DNA of 43,975 nucleotides from Halocafeteria seosinensis. Lineage: Eukaryota. The notes under the pieces were generated by a model that did not search any database, was not told where the DNA came from, and worked only from the letters and a program-made list of their open reading frames with translations. Where the stretch lies: the NCBI GenBank assembly GCA_001687465.1, contig LVLI01000148.1:124001-167975 (forward strand), read 5' to 3'. Shown here in pieces: positions 11,815 through 23,434 of the stretch; position 1 is the stretch's first letter, and each line of letters opens with the position of its first letter. Made by a program: the position numbers and the translations under genes.

Positions 11815-12041
11815 GTCGAATTATCCACGTGAATAAACTGTATGCAGCCTAAACGACGCTAGACACGCGCGAGCGTTAGTTAGCTAGTTGAAGTTGGACG
11901 GCAACTCATGTTATCGCTCTTGTATTCTGACACATATCCATACTTCCATGATGCCATATTAGATAGAGTTTCTCGCCATGCCAAACCACAGGTGATCACC
12001 GTGTAATGAAGGAGCATGCTGCATGACGTTGGTTAGTGTTT

Positions 12042-12074
12042 AGAATCCGGGCCCTCCGCCCGGATCGTCATTGA
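12042..12074 (+). repeat. Dispersed GC-rich hairpin element, copy A
   Basis: AGAATCCGGGCCCTCCGCCCGGATCGTCATTGA, with stem ATCCGGGC/GCCCGGAT. 30/33 identical to 28997-29029. Confidence 0.85.
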
Positions 12075-12169
12075 CATTCTGATATCTCATTGATTTCAGT
12101 ACTTTATAGTGTTGTCGAGGCAGCAACGATGTTGACGTAGTGCCTATTTGTGTATTTTGCCCGGGCAGA

Positions 12170-13610
12170 ATGGGTGACGCGACTCATGGATTAACGCCAA
12201 TCAGCTATGTGGGCATCTTCACGTGCATGGTGGCCTTCACAGCAGGGCATACTTTATTAGCTCAGTCTTCGAAGGTAAATGGAGAGTTCCGATACTCGTA
12301 CATCTCCGTGTCCTTCATGGGAGAAGTACTTAAGCTCGTCATCTGTGGGGGGATCTTGCTCAAACAAAAGTATTTGGACAGAGGACATAGCATCAACGAG
12401 TAAGGGACATGGGAACATTGACATTCGCTGCACCTGGTGTTGCAAACTCTTCGTTTGTGTGTGCCTACGTGTGGTGTACAGGAGCCCCTCGGTGGGGGAG
12501 ACTTACAATGGAGAGGGAACAGCTCCTATACGAGAAGAAATAAATGACGAGGAAGAGGCTGTACCACTCACCTCCTCGACTTCGTCAGTTTCGCTCAGGA
12601 GGAGTCGTGAAAACCGTGACAACTCTGTCGAAGCTCGGACTTCGGCATGTGATGCAAATGCTTCCGTCCTGGAACGATTGCAGGCGTGGTTCAAAAGATC
12701 GTGGATCTTTGCCATCCCCTCTGTCCTGTACATGGTTGATAATAACCTGATGTATGTTATTCTAATCTTCATCGCTCCAGCGACGCAACAATTGCTGTGG
12801 AACGTGAAGATCATCTGGTAAGATAGATGTTTTGAAATTTCTTGTCAAATATGATGAAAATATTCTTTAAATTCCATTGTCATACAGGACTGCGGTTTTG
12901 TTTCGATTTTTCTTGAAGAGGATACTGACAAGGCTACAATGGGGGGCACTGCTTCTGCTTCTAGTTGGAGTAATAACTACGCAGAGTTCTAAGTTCTTAC
13001 ATGAGGATGGTAAACAGGAAGTTATGACCGCAGAAACTCATGACTTATTAGTAGGAGCTAGCCTGGTCTTGATAGGCTCATTTTTCTCTAGTCTAGCCGC
13101 GGTTTACACGGAATATGTTTTGAAATCCCAGTCCACGGGGAATGATTTTTGGGAACGTAATATCAATATGTAAGGCTCTTAGGAAAAGTTGTCAATGCAC
13201 TGCACAAAGCATTGGCCCGTATCGATTGCAGGTACATTTATGGGGCGCTATTCAACGCCTGCGCGTTACTGATTAAGGACGGCACTAATGTCTTCCAACG
13301 GGGCATGTTTTACGAGTACAACATATTCACTGTTATGTTAGTCCTTGATACGGCTTTCAATGGTTTGTCGACTGCGGGAATATATCGTTACTTGGACAAT
13401 ATAACGGGAGTATTGGCTCATGTTACCGCAATGCTCGCTGTTATTGCTGTATCGGTGTGGCTGTTTGACTTTACTATCAACATCGTCGTCACCTGTGGAT
13501 TTTGCGCGTGTGTAATAGGTATTTGGTTATATCATCATGAACCACTGCAAGATCCTAGTTACATCGAGAAGATAAAAACGACCCACAAGCACCTTAAGGA
13601 GCAGATATAG
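12170..13610 (+). CDS. Nucleotide-sugar transporter, SLC35A family (CMP-sialic acid/UDP-Gal type), ~408 aa, 4 exons
   Basis: SFMGEVLKL, FAIPSVLYMVDNNLMYV, QLLWNVKIIWTAVLFRFFLKRILTRLQWGAL, SSLAAVYTEYVLK and RYLDNI. Introns 12400-12481, 12818-12887, 13170-13231. Confidence 0.9.
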
Positions 13611-13783
13611 GTGTATCGGGGCGACGCACTGACCGTCCTCCTTGCAGACCGAACGTTCACTTTGGATGTAAATGACATAATAAAAGTGGATACACTTAGA
13701 GCCAAAGTTCTAGAGAATGTGTAGTATTCTTCAAATACAATCAAGCTTATTCCACTGAAGTCGTCCTCGAATAACCTCGCGCA

Positions 13784-15141
13784 CTAAATTGCGTAAAATG
13801 CACGAACGTGGAGAGTATCGTAAGCATCCACTACAAGTTGCATTGAAGACTCTGAAGCCCCACCAATAAATTGTACTCCCGTCAGGAGGTGATCTTCGAC
13901 GTTTATGGAATTATCCGAGACTACCTTAAATCTGTTTTCTTCCGTTGAGACAGTTAAATCTGGTAGAGACCATACGTTTAGCATTGCATCTTCACTCACG
14001 GTAGCAAACTGCGAAAAACGAATGGAAATCTACGTTTGTACCAGCTACTCAAAGTGGACTGGAGCATATTTGCTTACCGTTGGCCTCTTAGGATGCATGC
14101 TTAATGCTGTGATAGCTCTCGTGTGAGCAGCTATTTCCGCCCGTATGGAGCGATCGCTTACACTAAATATTTTAACCAGACCGGTAGTGTAGCCTGCTAC
14201 TATGGCATCGTCTCGGAAGGCTAGACTGACGCAAGGATCCCTGTGTGACAGAAAATACACAGCCGTGTTGAGTACCTACAGGAAAGAACACACAAGACAA
14301 CTCCAAGCTACGTACCCAGCTCCTTCAAACGTATGTACTGCTTCCATGAGGCTGGTATCCCATAAGACTACAGTTCCGTGAGCATCGGCACTAGCAAAGT
14401 GCTTACCCTCTGTATCTTCCGTAGCGATTGCTGAGACTGGAGCAACATGTCCAGATAGCCGGGAGCACCGATGGAATGACTTATCGGAGCGTTTAAAGAC
14501 AATAACTTCTCCAGTGGAAGAACCTGTGGGCGTACAAGAATATATACCCACTACGATAGTTAAGGTCACGCAACGGGAGTGAATACGTACCCACTAGTAT
14601 CTTTCCTTCTGCTGGAAGTGACGACACTCCTTGAGCGAATGGCTGCTTCGTCGCGGAAGTCTGGGATTCCTTGTCACCTTTGACTGGGACCTGTTCGAAG
14701 ACATCTGTCTTTAATACACTGTTATGGGCGTGGTCCGCTATCTGCACGAATGACTAAGGTGGCCCATTCTCTGCTTGAGGTACCCACGCAAGATTCCACG
14801 CACCATGACTCCTGATTCCATACACATGACGAGATAGAACTCCCCATCATCTAGTTTACACCATTTAACCTCCTGAATCAAATGGCCTTCCGGATTCGGA
14901 AGTGCTGTTGTTTTGCAGGGCGTATGTCCATTGAGAGCCGTCCGATTGATGGTATATGCTTCATATCGATGGATATATGTCTGCGCAGTTAAGTACTCTT
15001 GGGTATGCACCAGTTGGATACGGTATAGAGCCCCTGGAAGATACGTACGAGACAGTCTTCGGCGGCGGTTAGGTTGTTGAAAAGCAATGAGGGCGTCTTC
15101 TCCAGCCTTGCACTAGTTACACGTGATTTATCATAACTCAT
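13784..15141 (-). CDS. WDR54: WD-repeat protein 54 homolog, multi-exon
   Basis: Spliced product PSLLFNNL...LIQEVKWC...FAQGV...GHVAPVSAIATE...SADAHG...PCVSL...AGYTTGLVKIF...IAAHTRAITAL...SEDAMLNVWSL...LLTGVQF...AYD follows the WDR54 motif order as recalled. Confidence 0.85.
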
Positions 15142-15188
15142 TGTTACCACTAAATGTAATAAACGATTATAAATAAAAGGAATTAACA
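15142..15188. promoter_or_regulatory. 47-bp AT-rich bidirectional promoter region
   Basis: Divergent ATGs at 15141 and 15189. Contains TATAAATAAA. Confidence 0.55.
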
Positions 15189-18100
15189 ATGTCATCGACT
15201 TCGGCGCTCTTGAATGACAATGCAAAGACGCAGAAAGCTAAAATATTTGGATATGGAATCAACCAGGACGTCCACAAGGAAGACCAAAGTGGCTCTACAG
15301 GGCCAAATGCGGCAGGAGGACGACCCAGTCAGAAACCACAGTTTGGAGCAGGGTCCATCCTTGCACTAGGAGGAATCTCTGATACGGATTCTGAACACTC
15401 GGACAGTGATAATGAACAGGAGACCAGGACTCAAACGAGCAAACCTCCTCCACCACCGCCACAACAGAAGCAGCAACAGAAAAAACAAGCCCCAGGGCCG
15501 CCACCAACTCCACAACAGCCCAAGAAACCTCAGTCCAAACCGTCTGCCCCAGCCATGTCCAAACGTCCTTCTACTACGTCAACACCTGAAAGCACTGCAG
15601 GCTCTGAAACTCACGCCGCAGCCCCAACGTCACCTCCAGCTGCAAATGTATCCACGAGGACCAGAGCTCCATCATCTTCATTATCGAACACTGCGGGATC
15701 TCAGCAATTGTCTCATGACCAAGCTGATGATACACCTTCCCAGGGTACCTCAACGGGCCACATGTTTCATCAAGACGAAAACACCAAGAGGATGTCCAAC
15801 GCACAAGCTCGTACGTCATCTAGACAGTCATATGATTCAAACATTTCATCTGGCGATGCTTCTAAGAGGAAACTGGGTCCTCCTCGGTCATCTAAGCCTC
15901 ACGTAGGCCCCCCACCGCACCAACCGACCACTGCACCAGCACCACCTGCGAATAATAGCTCAAAGAAACCAATCCGACCACCACCTTTATCGACAGCTCA
16001 GCAGGACAGTGTCAATAGCACTGACGAGTCGTGTTCAGTTCAAGATGAGCAATCGTTACCAGTTGATCACCCTCCACATCGCCCTCCGCCGGATCCTCCC
16101 GGCAAGTCTATCAGGAACGATACCCAACGGCATAGCTCATTCGTTGGTAGTGATTCAGCTATTCCAGACGATGCTAAATCCCATACTGTAGCGAAATCGG
16201 ATGGCACGCGCAACGCAGAGCCGTTCCGATCTAGGAAACACACATACGGGGAGGATGATGCTGTGGTGGCCTCCAGTGGATTGCAGCGCTCCCGTAGCCA
16301 GGACGATGGGGGCATCTCTAGAACAGCAATGGAGGAGGCGGAAACAGAATCCGTCGATGAGTTGGCTACAACGTCCGCGAGCAATGGTATGGTATCATCG
16401 TCTTTACCGGACGCCAGCAACTATGATGAGAGAATCAGGTACGATAAATTGTATGGGGAATCGTCCCAAAACACCTTCGCCGCTGCTGGTTCAGATATTA
16501 GTGCCATAGAGGGAGTACCGAAGCCCACTCCCCCTAGGAAGAGTCAGGCGACTGATACAGTAGATGCATACAAGGATGTCTTAGAGAGTCAAGGATTGTA
16601 TCATTCTTGTTTCTCTAAGCATTCACAGGAAGTATACACGGACTTAGATCAGCAGGCGGCTCATGTGATTCCGGTCGCTTCCAAGAAGGGAAGCAGAGTG
16701 CGAGTTAACGAAGCAAATGAAAGCACATATAAGTATCGACCCGTTACAGACGCTTCTACATCTATGCTCAACACCGACTTTGTACCGGAGGTGGATAATG
16801 TGGATTCCTCCCCATCTCTTGCAGAAGTTCGCCACCACCAGCGTGGTACTAGAAGGCGCAACCATTTTCCTGTCGTGCGCGTGAGTTCTCGTTTAAAACA
16901 CTCATTGTCAGCATCAGAGTCTAAACCAGAGCAAAGGCAACATGCTACAAAGCCGTCATGTCAGTACTACGAGACACGTCCTACGACGCACCTCAACGAG
17001 AGTAGCAACGAAACGAACAGAAAATGGAAACCTATTTACAACCGCCTAACACAGCTTTCTAGAAGAACGTCAAGGGATGACGGTAACACTCGCAAAGTAT
17101 GTTCTCCCTCAAGCTTAAGTATCTATGATCGACCAAGTCAAGAATCGCCACGGAAAACGGATGGCAACCGTTCTCCCAATCAGCACTCTGCAAGCGTAGG
17201 AAGTACGCCCCTGAGGACCCCCGATACCTCTTCTGTGGCCTCTCGATATGGTTTCGAAGAGTCAAACGTTACTTACGATGAGAAGTGGAAGAGCGATACT
17301 CTAGAGAACTCAATTGACAATGAAGTCCAAAGGATTCTCGATAGAAGGCGTAGAAGACATTCCCGTCGGGACACGTTCAGCCCGTCTTCAAGTATGGGAC
17401 CCATCCCATCGTACAAAACACCTCAAACACATGAAAATTCTCTTGTAAACAGGCAAAGCAATGGCGTCGCTGATGTTGAACATTTAGGGGAGCCAAATGG
17501 AAATTCCCGTGGCATGGACGAGGACGATTATTCCAGCATCGCCGATTCGTCGACGTCCACCAGTGTTAAAGGACAGTCGGCAGCGTCATTGAAGAAGCAA
17601 CTGGGCGAATGGAACGCAATGTCTCCGCAAAGTAGAATATATACAATGGCGTCCAGATTGCAGTCTCGATCTGCGGCTTCCGGAACTAATCAACAGCACA
17701 GTATAATAGCTCTGAGTGAGAACACTGAAGACTCGCTAATGTCGCATGCAATGTATCCCCACGTTTCTAGGGAAAACAGTTACTCTTTGAAGCTGTTTAA
17801 TTTACCTGTTCAAGGCGAAAATGTCGAAAGTCTCCTCTCCGACGCTACCCACCCATTAGATGGAGGGGCTACAATGCTCAAGCGCCTGTTCCAAGATGTG
17901 CCATTGAGGATTGACTCTGTTTATGAACGGCCCGATAACACATTGAATGGCAGAAACAAGGATGAACTGCAAATGAAGGATATCCCAGTTCCTCTCTATG
18001 TCCGCTTTATGGGTATCCTATCGAGCAGACCTCTGGGCGAAACTAGTCGCCTACAGCTGCTTCTACGAGGTGACCCTGAAACTTCTTCGTTTTTTCCTAT

Positions 18101-18452
18101 AGGAGAGCCAAAACGATCCTTGTCGTTGGGAACGGAATGCTCTCAAGACTTACACTACACCGTTGTACACGTTATCGACTGCGGAATGGGTCCGAGTAAA
18201 TGCTTGAAGGCGTCACCGAAAACGTATCCTTCTCCACACAGCGAGCATGCGTACTCTTTTTTCATTCATATGGTTGCTCAGGAGAAAACCACGGGGATTT
18301 TGGATGACAGAGTCGAATGTATCCTTGATCTACGGGCTCCTTCGAAGGCGACTGCAGAACACCTGATTGGCTCACTATTGTTGATGGAGAGCATCACTCC
18401 TGCGGAGACAGATCCTGCTGAAGACGCGGAGAACGATCTCAGCCAGTACTAA
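15189..18452 (+). CDS. 1087-aa Pro/Ser-rich disordered protein with a C-terminal PH-like domain
   Basis: Single long ORF with polyproline tracts. The C-terminus LDGGATMLKR...YSFFIHM...ILDLRAPSKATAEHLIGSLLLM resembles PLC/Num1-type PH strands and terminal helix. Confidence 0.7.
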   Translation: MSSTSALLNDNAKTQKAKIFGYGINQDVHKEDQSGSTGPNAAGGRPSQKPQFGAGSILALGGISDTDSEHSDSDNEQETRTQTSKPPPPPPQQKQQQKKQAPGPPPTPQQPKKPQSKPSAPAMSKRPSTTSTPESTAGSETHAAAPTSPPAANVSTRTRAPSSSLSNTAGSQQLSHDQADDTPSQGTSTGHMFHQDENTKRMSNAQARTSSRQSYDSNISSGDASKRKLGPPRSSKPHVGPPPHQPTTAPAPPANNSSKKPIRPPPLSTAQQDSVNSTDESCSVQDEQSLPVDHPPHRPPPDPPGKSIRNDTQRHSSFVGSDSAIPDDAKSHTVAKSDGTRNAEPFRSRKHTYGEDDAVVASSGLQRSRSQDDGGISRTAMEEAETESVDELATTSASNGMVSSSLPDASNYDERIRYDKLYGESSQNTFAAAGSDISAIEGVPKPTPPRKSQATDTVDAYKDVLESQGLYHSCFSKHSQEVYTDLDQQAAHVIPVASKKGSRVRVNEANESTYKYRPVTDASTSMLNTDFVPEVDNVDSSPSLAEVRHHQRGTRRRNHFPVVRVSSRLKHSLSASESKPEQRQHATKPSCQYYETRPTTHLNESSNETNRKWKPIYNRLTQLSRRTSRDDGNTRKVCSPSSLSIYDRPSQESPRKTDGNRSPNQHSASVGSTPLRTPDTSSVASRYGFEESNVTYDEKWKSDTLENSIDNEVQRILDRRRRRHSRRDTFSPSSSMGPIPSYKTPQTHENSLVNRQSNGVADVEHLGEPNGNSRGMDEDDYSSIADSSTSTSVKGQSAASLKKQLGEWNAMSPQSRIYTMASRLQSRSAASGTNQQHSIIALSENTEDSLMSHAMYPHVSRENSYSLKLFNLPVQGENVESLLSDATHPLDGGATMLKRLFQDVPLRIDSVYERPDNTLNGRNKDELQMKDIPVPLYVRFMGILSSRPLGETSRLQLLLRGDPETSSFFPIGEPKRSLSLGTECSQDLHYTVVHVIDCGMGPSKCLKASPKTYPSPHSEHAYSFFIHMVAQEKTTGILDDRVECILDLRAPSKATAEHLIGSLLLMESITPAETDPAEDAENDLSQY

Positions 18453-19250
18453 AGAAGTGAAAAACCTTCCCTACACTGCTTTTTAATGTTAAGTTGTTGA
18501 TTTGCCGATTTTCGCTTCGTGCTGTCATTCTCTTCACTAAGATGGCGGTTTCTTAAGCTCGTTTCCAATCTAACACACCGAAGGGTGTTCTATTTGTCAA
18601 AGACCAATCACATCACGTACGAGTTATCAATTGCGTACAAATAAACTGAATATATTCGTGATCATTTGTTTGTCATGGTTTGAAAGCTGACTTAAAAGTC
18701 AGGCAACCCTCCAGGGACAAGACACAGTTCTCGTACGTTTCCTTCGGTAATTCGGCATGCAAACTGAATTGTCATACCCGTGCGTTTTCAAGCATTTTGA
18801 CCACATGTTGCAAATTTGTTCCAGCTAATAATTTGTTATCAGAAAAGCCTCACTATACAACCACCATTGCCGTTCATCTCAAGTACACCCCACTGTTGCT
18901 AGCTTCCTTGAGCTGTGATGGACTTGTTACTTGTGTTACTTGCTGCTTTCAGTCCAAGGGGTGTACTATGTATTCACTCCCATCTATACTAGCATGGCTC
19001 CATCTACTGTACCCTGCAATACAGTCACCCAGACAATGGGTCTGAATACCCTGATTTCCCGGGAGGTTGGAAAAGAGTGAAGAATACAGGTTTTTGCTTT
19101 ATCTCTTACCAGATAGCTCCGTTGGACCTCCCCTCCGTATGCGATACGGACACAGTTCACTGAGCGATGTACGGAAAGTTACAGCACAATCCTTCAATGA
19201 ACATTCCACAGCGAAATTTGAAAACCCTACAAATGAGTTACTTTGTGGGC

Positions 19251-22200
19251 TCACAGGTAACGTTTGGCAAAAACCTCGAAAGGGGCAACACCCAAGTGTA
19301 ACCGTTGGACTTCAGTGCTACTCTTAGACACCGCTTCCCGGCACTTTGAGATACTGCCGATAATGTTTTGCCATAGCTGCTCCAAAGTCTGAGAAGTCTG
19401 CTCTGCGAGTGAGTGAACAGAGAGCTTTTCCTTCCTAGTTTGACTCGACACCACTGAGCGGACGAAACTCTGCATTTGTTTGACACTAAGTTTTCCGGAA
19501 AAGCTATCTTCCAACGCTTCCTGTTTGGACTGCTTGTTCAGGTGCTGTATGCTCTGCTTCTTTGGGCTTGTTCGAGACTGGTCATGCTCAGTTGGGCCAC
19601 TGTAACCAGAAACTGTGTCGTAAGGTGACGATGCTCCTTCAGAGACGTATTCTACATCTGTTTGTTGCAATCGTAGCTGTATTCCCACTTCGTTCGCGAT
19701 CTTGGAGTTCGAAAACGCCTTTATTATATCGCGGCAAAACTTCAGTTTTGTTTCTACGCCTGTGGTGAACCGTAAAACATTGAGTATACGCGCTTCACTG
19801 TCTTCCACTACCCTGCACCGGAAAAAGCCATCAAAACATGCTATATCGATAAAGTTGGAGTCTGGGAGCAAGAGGGTGGACGTACTTGTTCTTGTATGCA
19901 TCCATTGAATCAGTTAACGCCTTATTCCTTTGCTCCTCACGAGAGAGAGCCTTCTTCACTTCATTAAATTTGATCTCCAAGTTTGTTAGGTCTTGCCTTA
20001 GGTAGTGAACTTTACTTCTCAACCTCTGCCAAGCATTGCAACGCATGACTGCCCATCATACAATGACTTTGTGAGAGCAGAAATATACTTACAGAATTAT
20101 GTTCGCTTTCCTCATTGAGAGCTCGCTGCAACGACAGATTGCTGGCCACGCTTTCCGAAACGTCTTCGTGCAGATTTTGCTGTGACTGCTGCAATTGCGC
20201 CACACGGTTCTTTAGTGTCGCATTTTCGGTGTTTTTTTCCTTGGGTATTTGCGTACTGCTGTCCATTGTGTGAGGATGCAACTTCTCTTCAATTCGACAT
20301 AAAACTACATTCGAACACTGCGTCAACATGGGCGTCATGTTGGCAACAAATTCGTGCCACGGTGCTGCTCTGGTGAGTTCAGCTTTCTGCAGCGGCGCAC
20401 TTCGCACTTGAACCGAGCCTAGGTGAACACGTTGCAATGGACTGGGTGACAGTGGGGCGATGTTATAGACGTTCTGTGTCCCTTGTGCCACGGGTTGCTG
20501 AGCTTGTGCCACGGGTTGCTGAGGTTGTGCCACGCGTTGCTGAAGTTGTGCCACGCGTTGCTGAGGACGCGTTTGCGACGGACATATAGTTTCGTGCATC
20601 GGCGCATCGAGAACGACGGTGGTTCGCTCTTGAGACCGATGCTCGCCACCACTAATTTCCACGTGATTATCCGGATTAATTCGCTTCTCCCTTACATCAG
20701 GATGGGATAGATTTGGACCAACGGTCCGGCAACACTGTGCGGAGACAATTTGAAGGGAAGTAGTTTTTGTCGGTGTTTGGCAACTTCTCGACACTTTTAT
20801 GTTGCTCACACTGGGGAGCTCAGTTTCCTCGGTTGCCGGAGGGCGTTTCGGTATAGATACAGAGGTAGCCACTGACTCTTCCTCCGAAGTTTTGCTTTGC
20901 CAGGCTTTTTCGTACCTATGCTGCATATGATGTAGTAGATCCCGAAGGTGCGACAACTGTTTTTGATGGTCTTTCTTTTCTTGTTGAAGCCGTGACTTCA
21001 CTTCGAATTTAGCTGATCGAACATCTTCCAGTTTCATGGCAGCACGGTCTCCACCAGCGAGGTTGTCAGCCTTAAGTTTTCTTATGGTTAAGAGCTGTTG
21101 AGCAGCCCAGGACGATACCTCTTGTACGTCATATGATAAATTTAGTGTTGCCATGCGGAAGGATTTCCGCAATGACCTTAAATGTGCTCTCAACTGTTTC
21201 GACTGGCCTCGCAAGCGAACCAACTTAGGAAACGTAGCTGAATCAGATTGATTGTCTGCGGGATGTAGCATCGCGTTGATCTGCTCCTCTAAAGACTTCC
21301 GTTCAGATTTCTCCCATTCCAGAGTGCTAGTCAATTCGCCTATGTTTTCCCGCAGGCTATCATTTTCGCCCAATAACTCATACGTTCTATGTTGGGCGTG
21401 TTGAAGCTGCTCCTCCAAGATAGCCACCTTTTGTCTAGCTTGCTTTGCTTGCTGCGATAGCTGCTTTTTCTCGTCACTAATTTTCCTCTCCATTGCTTTG
21501 GCGGCTTCCCGCTCACTATTGGCTCGCTGGTGGTTATCAACGGCCTCTGCTCGCCTCCTTTCTGCTGCTTCCACCCTAGCACGCAGTAATCGCACGGATG
21601 TCTCCAATGTGGCAATTTTGAGATCCTTTTCAAGAAGTTTCTGATGAAAATCATCTGGAGCAACTTGTACATCGTCTTCAATTTGGAATTTTTGTTGTTC
21701 CAAGTTATCAATTTCGAAACGTTGTCTTTGCAAATAGTTATCCACAGAGCCACGCAGTAACTCAACAAGCTTTGAGGTGAGCCTCGCTTCATAGCTATCC
21801 GAAGCGTATGTTGCCACTGAAGGAACCTTCTGAGCATCTTCGTCACCAGCTGATGGGTGAGGTCCTTCATGCTGCTTGCTTTCGGCCCGTGGTGTTGCCG
21901 ACTTTACGCCGAGGGAGTCCTCGGTCCGTTCTGAAGTGTCCTCCAATGGAGCTTCCTCCAGTGAACGCCGCGCTGGAGAGACTACATGAAGTCGTTCTAC
22001 AAACCAAGAGTCCTTTTCTTCCTGTTCTACTCGCTCTTTAAAGTCTTCATTCATCAGCGACCGCTCCACAGCAGCATGGGATCCAGAAAAAGCCACGCTT
22101 GCTCTCTGCGCGAAAAGTTCCTTCATCGAAACCTTATCTGCGCGTCTTGATGGAGAAGCTATTGTTTTTTGTGTACTCCCTCGCTGGTTGATCCTCTGCT

Positions 22201-22901
22201 GAAGTGAATTCTGTAAGGGGCTACTAAGACCTTCGAACTCCACCTCCTGGGTTCCTGGCTCTGTCAACACTCCCTGTTGAATTTTGCCGGTTGTTGGGCG
22301 ATGCTTGTCCATGTTCCTTGACAACGGCGACCCTTCAGTTTCTCCCTTTCTAAAAGTTTCCTTGACGGATGACTCTATGGCGGCAGGTGACTTTGCTACT
22401 GGTTCGGCCGTATGGGGTCTCTTCTTGAACCGTAACTGGCGATGCGGAGTGTTAGGCGATTTGGTAGTTGCGGAACGAGGAGAACTTCTCGCCGGTGACA
22501 TGGACACCGATTCCGTATACAGGCTACTAGTTTCACGTAATGCTCTCTGAATAATTTGTTCTCGAGAATCAGTGTCATTTTCTCCTCGGTTACCTGCAAC
22601 ACAAAAGCAACACAAAACGGCTATTTTCTGTCTGGAGACTCCCGTAACTCCCAGGCAACATACTCGACGAAGCGGGTGGGGACCCACTTCTTCTATCTCT
22701 TGGAGGCGTCTGCGACGCCGAAAAAGGACGTTGGTCCCCTCGGCCACTCCCTGTGCTACTACAAGTCCATTGGCTCCTTGGGCTGGTGTTAGGCCGGGGC
22801 GATAGCTCGCCTTCGCCTCGCTCGTAGGACCTCTGTCGCGCCGATTGAGGTCGCCGGAACTTCTGATTAGAAAGTATTTTAGGTGGCGTGTCCGACGACA
22901 T
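19251..22901 (-). CDS. Large coiled-coil protein of unknown function, at least 4 exons
   Basis: ATG 22901, intron 22594-22663 joins the long ORF in frame. Further GT-AG introns near 20.03-20.09 kb and 19.81-19.88 kb link the ORFs down to 19251. Extended heptads. The 3' end is uncertain. Confidence 0.7.
20483..20566. repeat. Coding tandem repeat, 4 x 21 nt (xQQ[R/P]VAQ heptads on the - strand)
   Basis: TTGTGCCACG[G/C]GTTGCTGA[G/A][C/G] repeated four times. Confidence 0.95.
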
Positions 22902-23434
22902 CAGAATAGGATCTTATGGGGCATACACAAGATAACACAGAATGACACCTATGGGGACTTTGCGTTACAAATTTCGCGCCAAGTTGAAGTTTACATTCCA
23001 CTCCATTCCTGCTATCATCTATCGACCTACTCCTTGGTAGGCTACTGTGGACTATTCTATATAAACTATCAATGACCCTGGGAAGTCAATTCCGTGTATT
23101 GTTTCATGGAAAATGGCTGCTTGGGGGGTTGTACCTTGTGAAGTTGAGCGTTTGTCGCAAGGCTTGCGACCAATGAACTGGAAGGCGTACTCGCACTGAG
23201 TCTCGCAGTTCATCGCAATAGTCGCATTAATTACTGTCGATTAACAAACGTTTCCGTGCACTTTGAAATCGATAATTACATGAGAGCATGCGACAATAAC
23301 TGCTAGTAGAGGGAGTGGGTGCCAGGAGAAGTTACCTTTGTTAAAACTGTGGGTAATCACTGGGTTGCTTCGTAACGTTCGGTGCATATTTTTCAGGTAT
23401 ATTCATGTGACATTATCAGGACAACGATTGCACC

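Noticed and set aside
20483..20566. Repeat array as CRISPR
   Set aside because: Head-to-tail units without spacers, inside a eukaryotic CDS.
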